64,000 nt of DNA from Terracidiphilus sp. (GCA_050012895.1 JBEKGH010000026.1:2190-66189); one strand, 5' to 3'. Positions 10,052-19,887 are shown, counted from the stretch's first letter. The notes: generated from the sequence alone by a model not told the origin. Program-made: numbers and translations.

Positions 10052-11350
10052 TCAGAGTGTCTCTGACATCGTTGCGGGAATCTCAATCGAAACCAGAGTC
10101 CCGCGGCCGGGATTGCTGACGATATTGAAGCTCGCCTGGTTGCCGTAGAGAACCTCGAGCCGTTCCTGCACATTTTTCATGCCGATGCCGGCGCCGGTGC
10201 GGCGCAGCGCGGAGGTAGGACGCCCGTTCATGCCCACACCGTCATCGGCCACCTCGATGAAGACGCGATTGCCTTCAAGGCGGCTGCGCACGGTAACCGT
10301 GCCGCCGTGGATGCGCGGCTCCAGACCGTGCTTGATGCTGTTCTCAATGAGCGGCTGCAGCAGAATGCTGGGCACCAGAACCTCGAGCGTGCGCGGATCG
10401 ATCTCCTTTTCGACGCGCAGCTTGTCGGCTCCGAAGCGCACCACTTCGATATCGAGATAATCGTCGGTGAATCTGAGCTCCTCGCGCAGGGGAACGAAGG
10501 CGTCGTGGTCCTTGAGCAGCGCGCGCAGGATGTTGGCGAGCTTGACGATGATCTCGCGGGCCAGCTCGGGCTGGCTGCGCACCAGCGCGGTCACGGAGTT
10601 GAGCGTGTTGAACAGAAAGTGGGGATTGATCTGCCGCTGCAGGGCGTCGAGACGGGCTTCGAGGACGAGACGTTTCTGCTCTTCGAGAGACATTTCGACG
10701 CGCAGGGCGTTCCACACCTTGAGCGCGATGCCCACGTTGATGGGCGCGGCCAGCCAGACCAAGGCCTGCAGCCACAACTGATCGGAGAGCAGCGCGAAGA
10801 GGCGGTGGGGAAAAAGATGCGCCAGCCAGTCGCGGGCCACCTCCATGAGGGCGATGAGAAACAGAAGCAGAATCTGGCGGTCGATGCGCGGCTTGATGAC
10901 GTTGCGGCGCACCCAGCGGTAGAGGCTGAGGTCGATGAAGGGGGTGAAGGACCAGATTTCTTCTTTTTCGACGTAGCGGCCGATCATGCCGACCACGAGG
11001 CCGAGGAGCACGTTGAAAGGCAGCGCCAGAAACTCGTGGTGCAGGACGGCGGGAACGGCGAGAACGGCGCCGCCCAGCATGGCCCAGCCGGGACCGATGA
11101 GCAGACCAAGAAGAATGACGGTTTCAAAGGAGATGTCGGCAGCGAGAAAGTTGGGCACCCGGAACCGGAGCCAGACGCCGATCGTGAGCGGCACCAGAAA
11201 AAACGCCAGCAATCCCAGCGTCTGCGCGGGGCGGCGCTTTTCCGCAAAGAGCAGGCGCCGGAATGTGGTGACCCGCGCCAGCACACTGGCCACTGAGGCC
11301 ATGACACCCAGCTTGACCAGCAGCGTGATCCAGATGAGATTGGAGGTCAC
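10052..11350 (-). CDS. LytS/YehU-family sensor histidine kinase (5TMR-LYT + His_kinase + HATPase)
   Basis: Multi-TM N-terminus, then NPHFLFNTLNSV (His_kinase PF06580-type H-box) and HATPase motifs IENSIKHG...DDGVGM...GIGMKNV. Confidence 0.8.
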   Translation of the reverse strand: MTSNLIWITLLVKLGVMASVASVLARVTTFRRLLFAEKRRPAQTLGLLAFFLVPLTIGVWLRFRVPNFLAADISFETVILLGLLIGPGWAMLGGAVLAVPAVLHHEFLALPFNVLLGLVVGMIGRYVEKEEIWSFTPFIDLSLYRWVRRNVIKPRIDRQILLLFLIALMEVARDWLAHLFPHRLFALLSDQLWLQALVWLAAPINVGIALKVWNALRVEMSLEEQKRLVLEARLDALQRQINPHFLFNTLNSVTALVRSQPELAREIIVKLANILRALLKDHDAFVPLREELRFTDDYLDIEVVRFGADKLRVEKEIDPRTLEVLVPSILLQPLIENSIKHGLEPRIHGGTVTVRSRLEGNRVFIEVADDGVGMNGRPTSALRRTGAGIGMKNVQERLEVLYGNQASFNIVSNPGRGTLVSIEIPATMSETL

Positions 11351-11530
11351 CCCATCACTGTATCGCGTAAACCCACCCTAGCCGCAAAAACAAAGACGCG
11401 GCGAGGGTGGGGCACCCGGCGTGACAAAGGCGAGGTTTGCGCGACCGTTTGGTTCTCAGCACATCGATTCTTTCATCGCCCGCGGAACAGTGGGAGTCCA
11501 GAGGGGTCCCGTTCCTCGTAAAATAGAAGC

Positions 11531-12184
11531 ATGGGACTCGAGAACGTGAAAAAGGTTGCCGAAGCGGATTTTCCCACGCGATGGGGCGCCTTCCGCATTC
11601 TGGGCTTTGAGGGCGTGCGCGCCGAGGGCCAGTCTGGCTGTGCCCCGGCCCATACGGTAGAGGGTCTGGTGGCGCTCGTGATGGGCGGCGTGCACGCGAC
11701 GACGCCGCTGGTGCGCATCCACTCGCAATGTCTGACAGGTGATGTTTTTGGGTCGTTGCGCTGCGACTGCCGGCTGCAACTGGAGCTCGCGCTCAAGGCC
11801 ATTGCCAAGGAGGGCGCGGGGATTCTGCTCTACGAGCAGCAGGAGGGCCGCGGCATCGGCCTGATGGCCAAGTTGAAGGCCTACGAGTTGCAGGATCACG
11901 GGCGCGATACCGTGGAAGCCAACGAGGAGCTGGGATTTGCCGCCGATTGCCGCGGTTACGAGTTGCCGGCCGAAGCGCTGAAGCTGCTGGGCGTGAATAA
12001 AGTCCGCCTGATGACCAACAATCCAGAGAAGGTGGCGGCGCTCGAGTCGGCGGGCATTACGGTGACCGAGCGCGTGTCGGCCGAGGTCGAACCGCAGGAG
12101 AGTTTCGCCGGCTACCTCAAGACCAAGCAGGAGAAAATGGGACACATCCTGGAAATGGTCGTCACCGAGGATCAGGCGGAATAA
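11531..12184 (+). CDS. ribA: GTP cyclohydrolase II
   Basis: VRIHSQCLTGDVFGSLRCDCRLQLELAL...EQQEGRGIGLMAKLKAYELQDHGRDTVEAN: RibA zinc-binding Cys triad and the conserved core. Confidence 0.85.
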   Translation: MGLENVKKVAEADFPTRWGAFRILGFEGVRAEGQSGCAPAHTVEGLVALVMGGVHATTPLVRIHSQCLTGDVFGSLRCDCRLQLELALKAIAKEGAGILLYEQQEGRGIGLMAKLKAYELQDHGRDTVEANEELGFAADCRGYELPAEALKLLGVNKVRLMTNNPEKVAALESAGITVTERVSAEVEPQESFAGYLKTKQEKMGHILEMVVTEDQAE

Positions 12185-12222
12185 AACAGCTACCAGGTCT
12201 CTGACCGCTTGATTTTGTACCT

Positions 12223-12275
12223 GTAGCGCCGGTCTCCGGACCGGCTGTCGTGCGGGTCTCCAGACCCGCACACGC
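12223..12275. repeat. REP element pair
   Basis: gtagcgccggtctccggaccggc, then gggtctccagacccgc. Confidence 0.65.
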
Positions 12276-12351
12276 ACTTCTTCATTCGGTCAGTGACCTA
12301 GCTACTAGCTTCTAGCTTTCAGCCCGGATTTCTCACCGGTCGCCGAAAAAC

Positions 12352-12410
12352 GTAGCGCCGGTCTCCAGACCGGGGTCCCCGACCCTGTTGGCCGACGCTA
12401 CTCATAAGGG
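12352..12410. repeat. REP element
   Basis: gtagcgccggtctccagaccgg, then ggtccccgaccc. Confidence 0.65.
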
Positions 12411-13000
12411 GGAGATTCCTGGTCCGGGCTCCCGGCGCTTCCACCCGCATTTGGAGCGCCGCTGAAATCTCGAAAAAAGGCTAGCCAGAGTGCAATGCAC
12501 CTGCTAATCTACGTGGCACGTGAACGGTGGGCCGACGAAGCGGCCGCAAAGTTGGCTGTTTCCGGCGCGGAAAGATTGGCGCTCGAGAATCAGTTGCATG
12601 CAAGCAATCCTCCGCGGAGCTTCCGTAATCGAAGTAACACGCGTGCGGGGTCGGAGCAGAAGGAACCAACCGCGAAAGCTGTCGCATTTGTCATCTTTCC
12701 CTGGTAAGTCTTCGTATCGGTGTTTTTAATTCTCCGTCTTCCTTGGCTGCCCTGGGCAGTTGTTCCAAAGCGTTTTTTTTGAATACCGGCCTTCGGCATT
12801 AGGGGCAAGTTCCTCTGAGTTCCCGGCAAGTCCACCTATCCGCATTGATTCTGCATAGAGGTGGAACTCCGAGGTATCCGGCAGACCGAACGGGCCGAAC
12901 CTGCATCTTTCGATGCCGCGAGCGGTATGTTTCCGCAGGTCGCGCGTGATTCCATTCCCTCGAGCTGAATCGCAGCCGAGTTCGTAGGGAGGACCGCGCC

Positions 13001-16000
13001 ATGAAATTCCTTATTCGTTTCCTTGCCGTCACCGCCGCAGGGCTTTTCTGCTTCGCGAGTTCGAACATCGCCCACTCCGCCTCGGATGGGGGTACCCCAG
13101 GCCGGGCTCCGGATTCGATCATCATTCCGGGACCGCTGCGCTCCTTTCTGCGCATGGCGGGCGTAAGCCAGGAGGCCAGCACGACGGAGGTGTTGCCGCT
13201 GTTGGCGCGCAATGTTTTCCTTTACGGGTACGTGGAACAAAGGAAGACCGAGTACCTGGTGCTTGCGGATCGCTACGTGCAACAAGCCAGGGAGCTCGAA
13301 CCGCTGGTCGGCGCAGACGGAATGATTCATGTGGCCGGATGCGATGACGCGGGCAAGCTGATTCAAATTCTTGGGTACAAATTTGAACGCGGCTGCAGCC
13401 GCGAAGACGCCTCGCTGATCACAGCCGACGCGGAGCGGGCGTTTCTTACTGTTGATTCCGGCTTCCCGCTGACGCGCCTGGAACAATCGTTGCAGGAAGG
13501 AACTCCCTTCAGCTATGCATTTCCGGCGACGCGAGTTCCCATTCTCTTCGCGGAGAGGGATTGGCAAGCGATCCTGCCTGCCAAGGTGCGAGGTGGAGCA
13601 ACTTTGCTCGATATGCTCTTGAACGACGAGGATGTGGATCGACTGTACGCGGGACTGGCGCGGCTTGACCCGCAAACCAGAATCCAGCTGCTGCAAACAG
13701 TGGGACTGAGGCGATTGCTCGCTTACGCACCCATCTTCGACTTTTACGGCAGCCGGATCTGCATCCGTTCCGGAGCCGTAGTTGTTCCCGGCGGCGAGGC
13801 CGCCGAACCGGCTTGGGCAGAGCTGGTGGGCGCAAATCCACATTCTCCCGGTGATTTCGTGTACCACTTGCTGGCCAAGGATCAAGGCTGGTTGGCGGCG
13901 TATTTCGATGCCCTGTCGCGCGTGAGTCCCGAGCAGCAGGCGCATCTGGTGGCCAATGGCCGATTGAAGCGCCTCTATGCTGCCTATCGATCGCCAAATG
14001 CAAATCTGAGCGCCGGCACCAGCGTTTTCCCCAGGAATGCCAACTTGCTTTTGCTGTTTGCCCGCGTGCCCTGGGACGCGGCGGGCGAGCCGAAGGTGCC
14101 GGGCGACGCTGCCCTCTGGAAGGATATCTTTGCGCATACAGACCATGCCAGCCATATACGCGAGCTCGCGCACTTCAATCGCGATGACAACAATCCCGAT
14201 CGCCTATTCGAGGCGCTGGTGGCGTGCACGAGCCTCGCGGCCGGCGAGGGACCCGCGCAAGTCTACCTGACGCTGAGCGCAATCGATAGCGCGCGGCCTG
14301 CGGAACAGCAATTGTCTAATGGGACCGTTCAGTTGCTCGCCTCGCATTTTGAAGAGTTGAACAATTGGTATCCGATCTTCGTCGAGTTTCCGTCTCTGGA
14401 CGAGAATTCGATCAAGCGTTTTGTCGACACTGTCGATCATCTCAACGGCATTGGCAATCCGGTGCTGCGCGCCAATGTTCTGGGTGCGTTCCAGGCTGAA
14501 CTCGGGATCTGGCAGGTTCTGGCGCGGCAGAAGCAAATCCCCGCTGAGCAGTTGAACGCTTCGTGGCAGGCTGCGATTCAGCCGTATGGCGGAGTCGGAT
14601 CGTCAACGGAGCTCTTCGACGCCGCGCGCCATTCGCTCGATTCCATCCTGGTGGCGGCAGGGGGCAAAGCCGATTTCACGCAGAGCCAGGTTGTGGATCT
14701 GCTGGGAGGGCCGGCGCAGAGCAGCCCGGAAGGCGCGCGCGTGCATGAAGAAATTACGCGGCGGATGCGCGCCGTGCTCGACGACCAGCGGCTGGTGCCG
14801 CTCGATACGCTCTTCGGACTCTACGACGGCCTGGGTGAAATGGCCCACGGCGACGCCATTGGCGACAGCCTTCTGCCGCTGGCGGCAGCGCTGCGCGAGT
14901 TTGAATTGCCGCGGCCCATCTTTACTTCCGGCGAGCGCGTAACCTGGTCACCCACGGTGTATGTCAGCCGCCACGCGGAGCTGCAAGTGCGCACCGATCT
15001 CACCAAGGTCATCAAGACGCCGGGAACGCCGGCGCAGTTGGAGGCGGCGCGCGCACGCCTTGCGCCCTTCCTGCGCGACACGCTGGTGGGGTTGAATTAT
15101 GCGTATTACGAGCCACCCGGCTCCCAGGTACTGCACAGCAATCCCCTCTTTGTTCGCGCGCACGACTTCACGGCATCGTCGATTCAGGGCATCAAAGACG
15201 TTTGGGGACCGCCCAATTTGATCGGCATCGGGGCCACGGCAGGCGGCGGAGCTTATTTCATTGGTTCGCTCGCCGACCTGCCCTTCGCCCTTGCTCTCAC
15301 GGAAGAAGATTTCATCTCTCCCGAGAAGCTGCAGGCACTCATCTGGAAAGAAACCGTACCCGAACTGCTGGTGAATTCCGTCCTGCCAAGGTGGTGGGCC
15401 GTGAGCCAGGACGAGCTGCACGCAACTGCTCTCTACCAGCGTGCCGGCGAAGAGCTTTTGACAGCCTCCGCAAGCCACGTCGATCTGCGCCAAAAGGTGC
15501 TGGCCGTCCTCTCTGGCCACGTGGGCTCAGGTCGAATGGAAGAGATGGAGCAGGCGCTCCAAAACTCGGACACTACAGCGACTCTGACGGCTCATCTACT
15601 CCCCTCGGACGCGTTCTATCTCGCCGCCGAGTTCCGCAAGAGATTTCCGGGAGAAGCCGCGCAATGGGGGCCCGCGAGCCGGGAGCTGGATGAATTGGCG
15701 CAGAAAGATCCCGAAGCCACCTCGCCGCAACGACTGGCCACGGACTTCGGTGTGCCGCATCCCATTCTGGCCGACAGTTACTCCTGCGCCTTCATCACTT
15801 CGGATCCCTTCCCCGTTGCGGGCGGCTACGGAAGCCGGCTCTTCGGCGAATCGTGGGAATCGAGCAACCTCTACTGGGCGCGGCTGGCCGACGAAAAGGG
15901 CTATCCTCCTGCGATGCTCAACATTTTGGTTCCCGAGTTGACGCGCCAGATGGTGGCGAACATATCGGCAACCAGCATCGACGACTGGCCGGCTCTGCTG

Positions 16001-16114
16001 CGCGCCATGCAGCAAACCGGCGAGGAATTCCGTCAGGGAAAGATCAATATTCACACCGCAAGCACGCCTCAAAACAACCAGAACATCGCGAATGGGGGAA
16101 CACATGCCGAATAG
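13001..16114 (+). CDS. large secreted hypothetical protein (1037 aa)
   Basis: Signal peptide MKFLIRFLAVTAAGLFCFASSNIAHS. Long, codon-consistent ORF with no motif I can name. Its stop overlaps the start of the VWA gene. Confidence 0.6.
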   Translation: MKFLIRFLAVTAAGLFCFASSNIAHSASDGGTPGRAPDSIIIPGPLRSFLRMAGVSQEASTTEVLPLLARNVFLYGYVEQRKTEYLVLADRYVQQARELEPLVGADGMIHVAGCDDAGKLIQILGYKFERGCSREDASLITADAERAFLTVDSGFPLTRLEQSLQEGTPFSYAFPATRVPILFAERDWQAILPAKVRGGATLLDMLLNDEDVDRLYAGLARLDPQTRIQLLQTVGLRRLLAYAPIFDFYGSRICIRSGAVVVPGGEAAEPAWAELVGANPHSPGDFVYHLLAKDQGWLAAYFDALSRVSPEQQAHLVANGRLKRLYAAYRSPNANLSAGTSVFPRNANLLLLFARVPWDAAGEPKVPGDAALWKDIFAHTDHASHIRELAHFNRDDNNPDRLFEALVACTSLAAGEGPAQVYLTLSAIDSARPAEQQLSNGTVQLLASHFEELNNWYPIFVEFPSLDENSIKRFVDTVDHLNGIGNPVLRANVLGAFQAELGIWQVLARQKQIPAEQLNASWQAAIQPYGGVGSSTELFDAARHSLDSILVAAGGKADFTQSQVVDLLGGPAQSSPEGARVHEEITRRMRAVLDDQRLVPLDTLFGLYDGLGEMAHGDAIGDSLLPLAAALREFELPRPIFTSGERVTWSPTVYVSRHAELQVRTDLTKVIKTPGTPAQLEAARARLAPFLRDTLVGLNYAYYEPPGSQVLHSNPLFVRAHDFTASSIQGIKDVWGPPNLIGIGATAGGGAYFIGSLADLPFALALTEEDFISPEKLQALIWKETVPELLVNSVLPRWWAVSQDELHATALYQRAGEELLTASASHVDLRQKVLAVLSGHVGSGRMEEMEQALQNSDTTATLTAHLLPSDAFYLAAEFRKRFPGEAAQWGPASRELDELAQKDPEATSPQRLATDFGVPHPILADSYSCAFITSDPFPVAGGYGSRLFGESWESSNLYWARLADEKGYPPAMLNILVPELTRQMVANISATSIDDWPALLRAMQQTGEEFRQGKINIHTASTPQNNQNIANGGTHAE

Positions 16115-17195
16115 AAAATACCGGATCGTCGCTTGCGCAGGAGTTTTTCTGGGCATCCTGCTTTCGGGCGGAGGAGCGCCACGCTTTGCAGCCCAGGATA
16201 GCGGCATGCGCCTGCGCGTGAATGTGAACCTGGTGCAGCTGAACGTGGCTGTCACCGACAGCAAAGGGAATTACATTACCGGCTTGCGGCCTGAGGATTT
16301 TGTCATCATGGAAGACAAGGTTCCCCAGAAGCTGGCCACGTTTGAAGAAGGCAACTTCAACCCGGGAGCGCCGGGCACGGTTGCCTCGCCCAGAACGGGC
16401 AAAGTCGCGGATACTTCCGGGGACGACGGACAACCGCTTCCCGCCATCAGTCCTTCGGGTGTGAGGATTTCGCCGCTGGCGGGCGCCGACGTCTTCATCC
16501 TCTTCGACACCAGCAACTACATGTACCGCGGCTTCGTCTTCGCGCAGGATGCCATCTCTGACTTTGTGCGCTCCATGGATGATGCCAGCAAGATCGCCTT
16601 TTACTCCTACAGCCGCGATCTTTCGCGGGCCACGCTGCTCACCGCCGACCGCTTCCACGTCGTGAATGGCGTGCGCAGTACGGTGGCCGGAGACGACGCC
16701 GCACTGTACAACTCGCTCCTGCTTACCGTGAAGGATGCCGCGCCGCTCACAGGCCGCAAAGCCATCGTGGTGTTTTCCAACGGCCCCGACAACGCCAGCT
16801 CCATTCCTCCGGAAGACGTTGCCGAGCTTGCGCAGTCGACGGGCACCATCATCTACATTGTGAGCACGCGCCAGGCGCAGGACGACCTGGTTTCGGCCGC
16901 AGCTTTCGAACGCATGAGCAGAGTCACCGGCGGCAAAGCGTACTTTGCGGGAAATTGGAGCAAGGAGAAGCAGGCCTTTGCATCCATTCGCAACGACCTG
17001 GGGCATCTCTATGCCCTCAGCTACTATCCGCAACCGAACCCCAACCGCGGTTGGCGCACCATCAGTGTCAAGCTCGTAGGCAAGGATTTACAGAAGTACC
17101 GCATTCGCACCCGCGACGGCTACAGCCTGCAGCAGCAGACGCAGGTGAACAGCGAAGCCTATCTGGAGCCCAACACGAACGTCGAACCGAAATGA
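16104..17195 (+). CDS. VWA (von Willebrand factor A) domain protein, Acidobacteria-type (TIGR03436-like)
   Basis: N-terminal TM/signal segment. VFILFDTSNYMYRGF (DxSxS-like MIDAS start)...AIVVFSNGPDNAS...IIYIVS. Overlaps the preceding gene by 11 nt, so a probable operon. Confidence 0.7.
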   Translation: MPNRKYRIVACAGVFLGILLSGGGAPRFAAQDSGMRLRVNVNLVQLNVAVTDSKGNYITGLRPEDFVIMEDKVPQKLATFEEGNFNPGAPGTVASPRTGKVADTSGDDGQPLPAISPSGVRISPLAGADVFILFDTSNYMYRGFVFAQDAISDFVRSMDDASKIAFYSYSRDLSRATLLTADRFHVVNGVRSTVAGDDAALYNSLLLTVKDAAPLTGRKAIVVFSNGPDNASSIPPEDVAELAQSTGTIIYIVSTRQAQDDLVSAAAFERMSRVTGGKAYFAGNWSKEKQAFASIRNDLGHLYALSYYPQPNPNRGWRTISVKLVGKDLQKYRIRTRDGYSLQQQTQVNSEAYLEPNTNVEPK

Positions 17196-17200
17196 GGGGG

Positions 17201-17277
17201 GTTAGCGGAGTTAGCGGGGTTAGCGGAGTTAGCGGGGTTAGCGGAGTTAGCGGAGTTAGCGAAGCTAGCGGAGTTAG
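17201..17277. repeat. tandem 9-bp repeat GTTAGCGGR x ~8.5
   Basis: gttagcggagttagcggggttagcggagttagcgggg... immediately after the VWA stop codon. Related arrays at 26466-26505 and 49911-49937. Confidence 0.8.
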
Positions 17278-17335
17278 GTCGACGCCAGCGGGCAAATTGA
17301 TTTCACACTCGGCGCCACAGAAACGCCGGTAAAGA

Positions 17336-17430
17336 GTAGCGCCGGTCTCCCCAGCTTGCGGAAAGCCGACGCGAAATTGTAGCGCCGGCCTCCCGGCCGG
17401 CTGTGCTGGCGGCGTCCACGCCGCCAGAAG
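17336..17430. repeat. REP element cluster (three palindromic units)
   Basis: gtagcgccggtctcc..., then gtagcgccggcctcccggccggc, then ggcggcgtccacgccgcc. Confidence 0.7.
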
Positions 17431-17465
17431 CCTTCGTCGGTCGAGAATCCCGCGCGACCGCCGTC

Positions 17466-18014
17466 CTAACTGCGCATCGCCTTGATCACCTTCGCCGTAG
17501 TAACCACTTGGCCCACGTGCCGCTGCGTGTGATCGGCCACGTGAATCATCGCCCCGCCGATCGACGTCGGCAACTGCTTGCGCCCCACGAAGCGCGGCGT
17601 GTCGAGATTCGCCGTAGCCAACACGCGAATGCGCTCGGCTGCGTCAGTGAAGGCCACTTCGACCTCGGCAAGCAACTCGGCCAACGGCTCCCGCTTCCCT
17701 TCACTTTCCTGTTCCGCCCCGGCCTGCTCGGACTTGAGTAATTCAAGCTGCTCGGTCGAGAGCTGTTCGCCTTCAGCATAGGTAAGAATGCGATCGGTCG
17801 AGCGCGCGATGTGGCGCAGGTGAAAAGCGATGGGCGTGAGCCCGAGCGGCTGTGCATGCATTTCGGCGTCGGTCAGGCCCGCGGTCCACTTCGTCAGATC
17901 GTCGAGAGCCAGCTCAAGCGCATGAAGAACAGCGCGGCCCGCAGCGGGCACGTCGGTGTAAGTGCCGCGGAGCCAGGGTTCGGTGTAGGGGGTTGGTGCA
18001 GGGGAAGTGGTCAT
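17466..18014 (-). CDS. DinB-family (DinB_2-like four-helix-bundle) protein
   Basis: MTTSPAPTPYTEPWLRG...HLRHIARSTDRILTYAEGE...GAMIHVADHTQRHVGQV: His-containing helices typical of DinB/YfiT-like metal-dependent proteins. Weak call. Confidence 0.45.
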   Translation of the reverse strand: MTTSPAPTPYTEPWLRGTYTDVPAAGRAVLHALELALDDLTKWTAGLTDAEMHAQPLGLTPIAFHLRHIARSTDRILTYAEGEQLSTEQLELLKSEQAGAEQESEGKREPLAELLAEVEVAFTDAAERIRVLATANLDTPRFVGRKQLPTSIGGAMIHVADHTQRHVGQVVTTAKVIKAMRS

Positions 18015-18038
18015 TGTTAAACCTCTGCTGCACTCTTA

Positions 18039-18209
18039 TTATCCACGTCGGAGTTCGGTTCGCATTTTCATCAATTCATCCATCATCTTTGACGAAATGA
18101 CGTATGCCACAACCACTCCTTTGCGCGTAATTGCTACCGGAGATTCTTGCGCATCATCGAGCAATTCGCGCCAATGTCTTCGGGCCTCGGAGGACGTTTT
18201 AATCGTCAT
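18039..18209 (-). CDS. Phd/YefM-family antitoxin-like small protein (56 aa), no cognate toxin adjacent
   Basis: Not in the ORF track. Minus-strand translation gives MTIKTSSEARRHWRELLDDAQESPVAITRKGVVVAYVISSKMMDELMKMRTELRRG, which matches the Phd/YefM N-terminal pattern (...EARxxFxELLDxVxxGEPVxITRRGKPVAVLVS...). AGGAA sits 9 nt upstream. Confidence 0.6.
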   Translation of the reverse strand: MTIKTSSEARRHWRELLDDAQESPVAITRKGVVVAYVISSKMMDELMKMRTELRRG

Positions 18210-18307
18210 GGTCGTATTCCTGCGCGAATGCGGTCTATATGTTCTAATCGGCAGCTCAAATGCGGACTTGATTTCTCGGCAGCCAATTGGCCTTCTTAAG
18301 CCATTCT

Positions 18308-18372
18308 GCCACCCCCACCTCTGTCATCCTGAGGAGCGCAGCGACGAAGGATCTGCGGTTGCTTCGGAAGCG
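18308..18372. repeat. repeat family A copy
   Basis: tgtcatcctgaggagcgcagcgacgaaggatctgcggttgcttcggaagcgcttcg. Confidence 0.6.
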
Positions 18373-18514
18373 CTTCGCTGAGGCCCGAAAATTCGAATTA
18401 CTTCCTAATTGGCGACAAAACGCCCCAACCCAATTTGGCGCCTACCATAGCCCAGGGCAACCATCGATTTTGGTCGTCGAAGGATCGGGAACATTCGCCA
18501 GAAGCAAGTAAATT

Positions 18515-19687
18515 TCACGAGGACAAATCACCGGCATTTTGATTTGGCGACGTGGAACCGGGCGAGCCCATTTCTTCAATAGCTTGGACCCTCCGGGCTA
18601 GTGGTGGATGTGTCATGAATATCTCCATTAGACGGCTGCATCTCATTGGCGCTTGAGCGAAGCGATACAAGTTGTCCAGAGCCTGAACCGCTGTTTTTCG
18701 ATTCGTTAAGGCAACGCCAGCCTCATCTGCCGCGTATTCAAATCGGCGCGAGATAAAGCAAGATGCAAGAGTCGGCACAAAGACAAGGGCAATGTCCAAC
18801 ATCGGGCGGAATGGGAAAAAGATTGGGGGAAGCAGAAGGCACGCAAAGATGAGGCTAGCAAATAGTGCAGCCATTGCCTGCATTCGCCTCCTAAAATGCT
18901 TCGACCTTCCATGTTCAAGTTCATGTCCGATAATGAAGTCGAGTTGGTCTCCTTTGAGGAATCTGCTGTAGTTGTCTGTTACGGCAATCACCTGCGCAGC
19001 CCCATAAGCATTGGTTAAGTGCCCTCTCCCTGCCGGCACGACGCACACAACTTTGAGCGACGTCTTAGTCTGTTTCGCCAGCGCAAAGGCCCTCTTGAAA
19101 AGCTCACCGGACTTAACTGGTCGCGGCTTCAACCCCTGCGCCACCCTGAGATTTGTTCTCCCGATCGAATGAAACGCAAAGGCGGCAACGAACCAAGGAA
19201 CGCAGAGAAAGCTCCGGCGGTAAAGCGCATCGAAGCCCCCGGCTGCTAATAACAACGAGGTGGTCGAGTAGATTGTGCCCCAGAGAGATAGCCTCAGCAA
19301 ATCGCTTAGTGTCCACCGGAACCCCAAGGTGGACCTATCAAAGCTAAAAGCGATAAAACGAACAATAAAAAACGCCCCAGTCGGAGCGCCGCAGAATATG
19401 AAGATTGAGTAGAAAACCGGGGCTGTCGAGATCGGTGGAATTTCCTGCTCGTGACCCGATCCTCCAACACTTTGAAAATCCCACAGCGCCCACCAAGCCG
19501 CAATCGCACACAACTCAATGACGTGATTCCACCGCCGGTATGTTAGCCACCGTGATGCCCGTCCCGACTCATCTGCGTGCGAGGTGCGGTACCGAAACCA
19601 GACCGTGGTAAGAACTGGCAAATACAGGATTGCGGCGAGCCAGAATTGCGGGCTTGAGAGAATCCACTGAGCAAAATTTCCAATCAT
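18515..19687 (-). CDS. M48-family zinc metallopeptidase, membrane-embedded
   Basis: HELEHG (HEXXH) zinc motif. N-terminal multi-TM region. Start placed at MIGNFAQWIL. Confidence 0.7.
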   Translation of the reverse strand: MIGNFAQWILSSPQFWLAAILYLPVLTTVWFRYRTSHADESGRASRWLTYRRWNHVIELCAIAAWWALWDFQSVGGSGHEQEIPPISTAPVFYSIFIFCGAPTGAFFIVRFIAFSFDRSTLGFRWTLSDLLRLSLWGTIYSTTSLLLAAGGFDALYRRSFLCVPWFVAAFAFHSIGRTNLRVAQGLKPRPVKSGELFKRAFALAKQTKTSLKVVCVVPAGRGHLTNAYGAAQVIAVTDNYSRFLKGDQLDFIIGHELEHGRSKHFRRRMQAMAALFASLIFACLLLPPIFFPFRPMLDIALVFVPTLASCFISRRFEYAADEAGVALTNRKTAVQALDNLYRFAQAPMRCSRLMEIFMTHPPLARRVQAIEEMGSPGSTSPNQNAGDLSS

Positions 19688-19785
19688 GGGCTTCGATAGG
19701 AGTCTAGCGTATCCCGCTGCGCCGGAAGCCTTCAAACAGGGTTGTCTCTGACAGGCGGCCTGTTCTTCCTGTATCACCTCGAAGC

Positions 19786-19850
19786 CGGAAACAAAGAGGA
19801 AAAGCAACCGCGGATCCTTCGGCTTCGCCTCAGAATGACAGAGCGTTCCA
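19786..19850. repeat. repeat family A copy (reverse orientation)
   Basis: The reverse complement reads ggaacgctctgtcattctgaggcgaagccgaaggatccgcggttgcttttcc. Confidence 0.6.
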
Positions 19851-19887
19851 ATTCACCTAAATCGGATTCGGAAGGCCGCCGGGGCCG

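Noticed and set aside
11351-11530. FMN riboswitch upstream of ribA
   Set aside because: I looked for the conserved FMN-element core and found no convincing match. Left unannotated.
12495-12835. Small ORFs and a TGGCAC-like motif upstream of the 1037-aa gene (possible sigma-54 promoter)
   Set aside because: TGGCAC is present at ~12515 but the downstream TTGC element is absent at the right spacing. The small ORFs have no RBS and no conservation signal.
17201-17277. Possible CRISPR or coding repeat
   Set aside because: A 9-bp unit is far too short. It is a pure tandem microsatellite with no spacers.
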